This document shows positions 24,967 through 30,412 of a stretch of DNA of 30,412 bases, piece after piece. Every line of letters starts with the position of its first letter. Position 1 is the first letter of the stretch. The DNA is from Exilispira sp. (lineage in GTDB: Bacteria > Spirochaetota > JAAYUW01): contig JBKBTB010000001.1 in NCBI GenBank assembly GCA_046291015.1, forward strand, positions 1 to 30,412, in the 5' to 3' direction. Made by a program: the position numbers and the translations under genes. The notes under the pieces are model-generated. The model was not told the origin of the DNA. It was given only the letters and a program-made list of their open reading frames with translations, and searched no databases.

Positions 24967-26580
24967 ATGAAATATCTTACAAAAGAGATCAATTTATCAG
25001 ATAAGATTGTTTTATTAATGGGACTTGGATTAAATGGCGGGGGACTGGGAGCTGCTCTATATCTTGCTCCTAAAGTTAAAAAGCTGATAATTACAGACTT
25101 AAAATCTCAACAAGAACTTTTGCCTTCGTTAGAAAGATTAAAGAATTTTAATAATATAGAATATCATCTTAATGGCCATTATTTAGATGATTTTTTAAAA
25201 GCAGATATTATCTTAAAAGGCGCTGGTATTAAATATTCAAATCAATACATTAAAGCAGCAATAGAAAATGATAAGATAATCGATACCGATATTGGATATT
25301 TTTTTGAATTAGCTAATTTCCCTATAATCGGAATAACTGGATCAAAAGGGAAGTCTACAACAACTACTTTGATATATCAGATTTTATCTTCTGAAATTGA
25401 AAAGGTAATACTTGGCGGTAATATTGCCATAAGTCCTCTTATTCAAATTGAAGAAAAAAAGGATGCAAAACTTGCAGTTCTCGAGCTTTCAAGCTGGCAG
25501 CTTTCCGATTTAGCTGTTCATAGAAAATCACCTGATATTGCTGTACTCACGACAATTTTCCCCGATCACTTAAATTTTTATAATTCGATGGAAGAATATT
25601 ATGAAGATAAAAAAAATATTTTTAAATATCAAGACAAAGATAATTATGCAGTAATAAATGTTTGCAATGAATATCTTTATAAATCTATTATCAACAATGA
25701 GATTAAATCCAATATTATATTTGTTGCAAATTTAGATGAATATAGTCCAGATAAATATACTGATAAAAACATTTTACAAAAATTAAATAGTCTTTTATCA
25801 AAAGAATTTTGTTTTTTTACAATAAAATATAAAGATAATATCTTTCTTCTTAAAAATAAAAATTTTAATTTTAATTATTCATTAAATCAATACTTTATAA
25901 ACAATAATGATGAATATCCTGAATATAATAATATTTTGAAAAAGATAAATATAGAAATAAGTATAAAACAGGATAAGCAAATCGATAAAGACAAATTTGA
26001 TCTTTTTGTTCTGCCTTCGATTAGTAAAGTAAAATTAAAGGGGGAGCATAACTTTACAAACATATTGTTATCTATAAGTACAGCTATTATATCTGGTATA
26101 AAAATTGAAAATATCTATAATACTATTCAATCATTCGAAGGACCAGAATTCAGACTTCAAACTGTAAGAGAATTCAACGGTATAACTTTTATAAATGACA
26201 CAACGGCAACTGTGCCGGATGCTGTTGCTGCATCTATTTTAGCATTAAAAAATAAAGGTAGAATTATATTAATAGCAGGTGGTGTCGATAAAAAACTTCC
26301 AGTTGATAAGATGGCTGAATGTATAGCAGAAAATGTATACAAATTATATTTACTCGAAGGCAGTGGTTCTGATATTTTGAAAAACAGGTTACTATCCTAT
26401 GGTTTTAATTCATTTGAAGATGGTTTTAAGGATCTTAAAAAACTTGTCGAATATGCATATAAAAATGCTGAGGAAAATGATATTATTCTACTATCTCCAG
26501 GTTTTGCTTCATTCAATTTATTTATAAATGAGTTTGACAGAGGAAAAATTTTCAATCAAGCAGTTTCAAGTTTAAAGTAA
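24967..26580 (+). CDS. murD: UDP-N-acetylmuramoyl-L-alanine--D-glutamate ligase
   Basis: GLGLNGGG, IGITGSKGKSTTT, GGNI, VLELSSWQL, PDHLNFY, GEHN, FRLQ, NDTTAT, LIAGGVDK, LLSPGFASF, NEFDRG. Confidence 0.95.
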   Translation: MKYLTKEINLSDKIVLLMGLGLNGGGLGAALYLAPKVKKLIITDLKSQQELLPSLERLKNFNNIEYHLNGHYLDDFLKADIILKGAGIKYSNQYIKAAIENDKIIDTDIGYFFELANFPIIGITGSKGKSTTTTLIYQILSSEIEKVILGGNIAISPLIQIEEKKDAKLAVLELSSWQLSDLAVHRKSPDIAVLTTIFPDHLNFYNSMEEYYEDKKNIFKYQDKDNYAVINVCNEYLYKSIINNEIKSNIIFVANLDEYSPDKYTDKNILQKLNSLLSKEFCFFTIKYKDNIFLLKNKNFNFNYSLNQYFINNNDEYPEYNNILKKINIEISIKQDKQIDKDKFDLFVLPSISKVKLKGEHNFTNILLSISTAIISGIKIENIYNTIQSFEGPEFRLQTVREFNGITFINDTTATVPDAVAASILALKNKGRIILIAGGVDKKLPVDKMAECIAENVYKLYLLEGSGSDILKNRLLSYGFNSFEDGFKDLKKLVEYAYKNAEENDIILLSPGFASFNLFINEFDRGKIFNQAVSSLK

Positions 26581-26588
26581 TTTAAATT

Positions 26589-28187
26589 TCAATCAAATAT
26601 CTTTTCTATATAAAAACCTTTATCCAATATCTTAACTTTATTTATATTAATTTTTTTATTAAAAAAAATGAAAAAATTGTTTTGAGCAAGAGGTATAAAT
26701 AAATAATTTTTTAGAATTAAATATTCTATTTCTTTATATATTTTAGCTGGATTTTTTAATATATATTGATAGTTAGCTTCTATAAAATTATAAATTTCAT
26801 TTTCAAATGGTAAAACCAGATCAATATTATTGTCTATATTTATATTAAATATGTGTTGAAAGCTATATGGATTATACAATTCAAAATCAATTAAAAAAGG
26901 ATAATCTATTGATAAATTAGTAATGAAAAAGTCCCAATTTTTAGTCGCATAAATTCTGGCAATCATATTATTTAAGTTTTCATTGTAACCATTTACCCGA
27001 ATATTGTTTTTATTTAAAATTTCTACTACCTTTTCCATAAAAATTTTTGATGTTAGATCATCACTTATTGAAAAAAGATAAAATACAAGTTCTTTTTCAA
27101 TATTATCAAATTTATTTCTACCGAAACTTTTATAAATATTTTGATATGCAGTTATATATTTATTTTCCTTTATTTTATTATAAATAAGACTAAAAAGGTA
27201 TCTTCTAAAATTAATATCATTTATATACTTTTTATTTTCAATATTTGCAGTCTGATAATTAAAAAAAAGAACATAAAAGAATTCTGGATCATAAACTTCA
27301 ATACTCCCGACTTTTGAAAATTTTTTTAAAAAATTATAATCATTAAAATCTCCAAAACAAATATCTACTTCCTTGTTGATAAGTTTCTGCAAGATTATAT
27401 TATTATCTTTTATTATTTCAAATCTTAATGATTTATATTTATTTTGATTTTTACCTTTTAAGATATTTTTCTCAAGTTCAATAAATTCACTGTTATTTGA
27501 TTTAATCTTCCATCTTCCTGTTGAAATTACCGGTAATTCCATATAATCAACACTACCATATTTATAGTAAAGATCAGGTTTTTTCTCTATTTTTTCAAAA
27601 ATTTGTGGGCTAAGAATTGGAAATGTAAATAGATGACCTATTTTTTGCATATTGTTTATATAAGATGATTGTTGATCAAATTTTATGATCAAATAATCTT
27701 CATCTTTTTCAATAATCAGATTTTTAATATCTGGAATTAATGAGTTTTCGTCATCTATAATCTTTTTTTTAAAATAGTTAAAATATTTAATTAAAAAATC
27801 TGTATCTATTAAATTTTCATTTGAGTCCAAATAGTTTTTTTTAATCTCTATTTTAACCTTATCTTCGTAAATAATGAATTTCTTAGCTATAAAGGGCTCG
27901 AAATTATCTGTATTTTTATACATTGAAAACAAAGAACCATAAATAAGATTCACAATTGTTTTCTCATCTTTATTTGTAACCAAAAAAGGATTTAAGGTTT
28001 TTACTTGATTAACAGCGATTTTGTAAACTTTATCATCCATCTCTTTATCAAACTGACATCCAGAAAGGAAAAGAAAAGAGCCAAGTAAGAAGAATAATAA
28101 AAAGTATTTAAATATAGATTTAATCAATTTTAAATATTCAGTTAATCTTTCCACAACTTCCCCTGGTATATGTAATTTTTTTTGCAA
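26589..28187 (-). CDS. ABC transporter substrate-binding lipoprotein, family 5 (OppA/DppA-like), diverged
   Basis: Lipobox LSGC; TLNPF, LIYGSLF, EPFIAK, PVISTGRWKI, INDINFRRYL, YLFIPL. Start uncertain: TTG 28187, GTG 28154 or TTG 28127. Confidence 0.7.
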   Translation of the reverse strand: MQKKLHIPGEVVERLTEYLKLIKSIFKYFLLFFLLGSFLFLSGCQFDKEMDDKVYKIAVNQVKTLNPFLVTNKDEKTIVNLIYGSLFSMYKNTDNFEPFIAKKFIIYEDKVKIEIKKNYLDSNENLIDTDFLIKYFNYFKKKIIDDENSLIPDIKNLIIEKDEDYLIIKFDQQSSYINNMQKIGHLFTFPILSPQIFEKIEKKPDLYYKYGSVDYMELPVISTGRWKIKSNNSEFIELEKNILKGKNQNKYKSLRFEIIKDNNIILQKLINKEVDICFGDFNDYNFLKKFSKVGSIEVYDPEFFYVLFFNYQTANIENKKYINDINFRRYLFSLIYNKIKENKYITAYQNIYKSFGRNKFDNIEKELVFYLFSISDDLTSKIFMEKVVEILNKNNIRVNGYNENLNNMIARIYATKNWDFFITNLSIDYPFLIDFELYNPYSFQHIFNINIDNNIDLVLPFENEIYNFIEANYQYILKNPAKIYKEIEYLILKNYLFIPLAQNNFFIFFNKKININKVKILDKGFYIEKIFD

Positions 28188-29098
28188 AATTCTTCAAATT
28201 TATTTATCAATTGTAGCTTATTTGATTTCCATTTAGGGGCAATAAATCCTTCTTCAGGGTCTGAAAACAATCTAAAAACAATTATATCATTTTTCAAATA
28301 AGAAATTGCCTTTGCCAGTAAACTAATATATTCCTCTTCTGATAAAACTTTCTGTATTCCTTTTTCATAATACTTTACAATTTCAGTATTTGGTAAAATA
28401 TATAGATTATGAAATTTAATTCCATCTATCCCGGTTTTATTTAAAAATTTAATTGTTTCAATTAAATCTTCGGTTTTTTCATCATTAAGTCCAATAATTA
28501 TATGAGCAATTATCTTAATACCATAAGATTTCAACAGATTAGCCGCAAATTCAAAATCAGATGCCGTATGTTTTCTATTGATAAATTGAAGAGTTTTTTC
28601 ATTTGAAGATTGCAAGCCCAGTTCAATCCATAAATCATAATTTTTCGAATAATTAGATAGAAACTTTGTTTTTTCAAGATCTATGCAATCTGGTCTTGTG
28701 CCTATAAAAACACCGTCAAATTTAGCTAGATTTAGAGAATAATCGTAAATTTTTTTCATATTTTTAATTGAGTCAAATGTATTTGAAAAGGATTGAAAAT
28801 ATAAATATAAAAGAGTTTTACCATCCCTTTTATACAATTTTTCTATTTGATTTTTTATTAGTTCCATTCTTTGCTCAATGGTAAATCTATAAAGATATCT
28901 TTTTGCTAAAGATTTATCTTCTCTGGAAAAATTTGATTTTAGGATAGCAGAAGAATTATAAGCCAGTGAACCAGTAGAAGAACAATAAATACATCTACCT
29001 GGACAAGAAAACCCTGCATCAATAGGTAATCTTTTAAATTTCTTACCATATTTTTCTTTGAAATAAGATGAGGCTGAAAAATATATTCTTTGATTCAT
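28142..29098 (-). CDS. TIGR01212-family (YhcC-like) radical SAM protein
   Basis: YFKEKYGKK, IDAGFSC, YFQSFSNT, IGTRPDC, WIELGLQS, INRKH, AHIIIGL, GIKFHNLYILPNT. Confidence 0.9.
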   Translation of the reverse strand: MNQRIYFSASSYFKEKYGKKFKRLPIDAGFSCPGRCIYCSSTGSLAYNSSAILKSNFSREDKSLAKRYLYRFTIEQRMELIKNQIEKLYKRDGKTLLYLYFQSFSNTFDSIKNMKKIYDYSLNLAKFDGVFIGTRPDCIDLEKTKFLSNYSKNYDLWIELGLQSSNEKTLQFINRKHTASDFEFAANLLKSYGIKIIAHIIIGLNDEKTEDLIETIKFLNKTGIDGIKFHNLYILPNTEIVKYYEKGIQKVLSEEEYISLLAKAISYLKNDIIVFRLFSDPEEGFIAPKWKSNKLQLINKFEEFCKKNYIYQGKLWKD

Positions 29099-29193
29099 TT
29101 TTTATTTTTTGATTTATATTGATATTATTTATCTTTTATTTTTTATGTTTTATTTTTTACATCTTTTATTTTATATTTTACATTTTACATTAT

Positions 29194-29384
29194 ATCTTTT
29201 AAATTGTATCTTTTACATTTCATCTTATGCATTTTATCTTTTATATTTTATCTTTTATGCTTTATCTTTTAATTTTATCTTTTATACTTTATCTTTTATA
29301 CTTTATCTTTTAATTTTATCTTTTATACTTTATCTTTTATACTTTATCTTTTCATTTTATCTTTTATACTTTATCTTTTATCTC
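29194..29384. repeat. Array of 14 units of 13-14 bp (core ATCTTTT) with 14/14/13 higher-order periodicity
   Basis: Core starts at 29194, 29208, 29222 (variant), 29236, 29250, 29264, 29277, 29291, 29305, 29318, 29332, 29346, 29359 and 29373. Degenerate extra copies at 29131 and 29161. Confidence 0.92.
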
Positions 29385-30412
29385 GGAATTATCTCTTTAA
29401 CATCATCGTTTTCGGTTGTATCTATTTCTTTATTAGAGTAAATCTGGTCATTAGACATTTTACCAGCTACACCAAAAATGTGATTTGAAAGGTCATCCTG
29501 ATGCTCTTTTTTAAATTGTGCAGCTATTTCTTTCAATATATCGCTTTGCTTTGATAGATTTTGTATGGAACCCAGCATTTCAATTAAAAGCTCAGAATTT
29601 TGATTGACAAGCTTGTTAACACTATCTATCTCTTCATAAATCTGATTTGTAACCTGTGTTTGAGTCGTAATTTTCGTATCAATCTCTTCTATTTTTGTAG
29701 CTGTGTCTTTAATGCCTTCTACTATATCGTTTAAAGCTTCATTTGCTTCGTTTGAAAAAGTAACCCCCTTGGTTACACTTTTAACAAGTTTATCAACAGT
29801 ATCTGTAATCTTTTTAATAGCTGTGGATGAATTTTCAGCAAGATTTCTTATTTCTGATGCAACTATAGAAAAACCAGCTCCTTCTGCCCCTGCTCTTGAA
29901 GCTTCAATGGATGCATTTAATGCAAGTAAGTTAGTTTCATCTGCTACTTCCGCTATAAACTTAGCGATTTCATTAATTGAACTTGAAGATTCGGATATAT
30001 CATTCATAGATTTTATAAGATTTTTTATAGATTCTGTAGATTTGAGTATTCTTTCTCCATTTTTAGCAGAAAGCTCTTTTGCGATAGTTGCATATTCTTT
30101 AATAGAATCGGCAATAACCTTAAGTTCCATCATAGAACTGGTAATTTCATTAATTGTATCTCTTTCATTTTTTATTCTTTCACTTATATTTTCTGAAAAC
30201 ATATTCAAAGTACTGGCATTACCATTTATATCGAGTACTGAAAATTCTATCTTTTTCAAAGTATCCGATAAAAATTCAATAAAACTATCTAAATTCTTTT
30301 TTATTTCTATAGCAATAGCACCTTCATAAGAAATTTTACCGCCAGTCAATTCGCCTTTACTAACTTTTTCCAGAGCAGCACTGATCTGTTTTAGAAAATT
30401 TTTATCTATAAA
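29378..30412 (-). CDS. Methyl-accepting chemotaxis protein, 5'-truncated
   Basis: Frame is open to the window edge ([27 protein letters not shown]-like). Signalling hairpin [41 protein letters not shown]. Confidence 0.95.
   Translation of the reverse strand, partial: FIDKNFLKQISAALEKVSKGELTGGKISYEGAIAIEIKKNLDSFIEFLSDTLKKIEFSVLDINGNASTLNMFSENISERIKNERDTINEITSSMMELKVIADSIKEYATIAKELSAKNGERILKSTESIKNLIKSMNDISESSSSINEIAKFIAEVADETNLLALNASIEASRAGAEGAGFSIVASEIRNLAENSSTAIKKITDTVDKLVKSVTKGVTFSNEANEALNDIVEGIKDTATKIEEIDTKITTQTQVTNQIYEEIDSVNKLVNQNSELLIEMLGSIQNLSKQSDILKEIAAQFKKEHQDDLSNHIFGVAGKMSNDQIYSNKEIDTTENDDVKEIIPR

Noticed and set aside
25730-26000. Intein in MurD
   Set aside because: No N-terminal Cys/Ser splice block, no His-Asn C-terminus, and low-complexity composition.
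23695-26342. ORFs 23695-23967 (+) and 26157-26342 (-), and also 18620-18826 (+)
   Set aside because: Shadow or out-of-frame ORFs within padR, murD and the clostripain gene.
29194-29384. Possible CRISPR array (also considered for 8216, 10681 and 13935)
   Set aside because: Units are 13-16 or 30 bp and directly adjacent, with no unique spacers and no cas genes in the window.
29109-29441. 110-aa hydrophobic F/Y/L/I ORF on the plus strand
   Set aside because: It is the translation of the T-rich tandem repeat, has a TTG start with no RBS, and overlaps the MCP antisense.
29703-30329. 208-aa antisense ORF
   Set aside because: Fully inside the MCP on the opposite strand; a shadow ORF from codon bias.

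Overview
Very AT-rich bacterial chromosomal window (G+C judged low by eye, not computed). It contains about 23 real CDSs, no rRNA/tRNA, no CRISPR array and no recognisable mobile element. Spirochaete-style lipoprotein signals and a BamD/BB0324-like TPR lipoprotein suggest Spirochaetota (inference). The left part holds a 5'-truncated STAND-type ATPase-TPR protein, a BtuF-like binding protein, ftsK, a lipoprotein, a nitroreductase and ferritin. The centre is a minus-strand anaerobic purine-catabolism-like locus: ygfK, then an 8-oxoguanine-deaminase-like gene, FAD, 2Fe-2S and XdhD-like Mo subunits, and an allantoinase-like gene. Two plus-strand genes (YihY/BrkB and a clostripain lipoprotein) split that locus. 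The right part holds tal, a TPR lipoprotein, PadR, a hypothetical, murD, a family-5 binding protein, a TIGR01212 radical SAM and a 5'-truncated MCP. The most notable observations are: (1) a variant of the ygfK/xdhD reductive purine cluster with apparently non-orthologous amidohydrolases and a YgfK lacking the HGCPP cysteine; (2) recurring 13-17 bp intergenic tandem repeats, three of which include the upstream gene's stop codon, one with 14/14/13 higher-order periodicity; (3) a probable AUU-initiated PadR. All family calls are from motif recognition without database searches.
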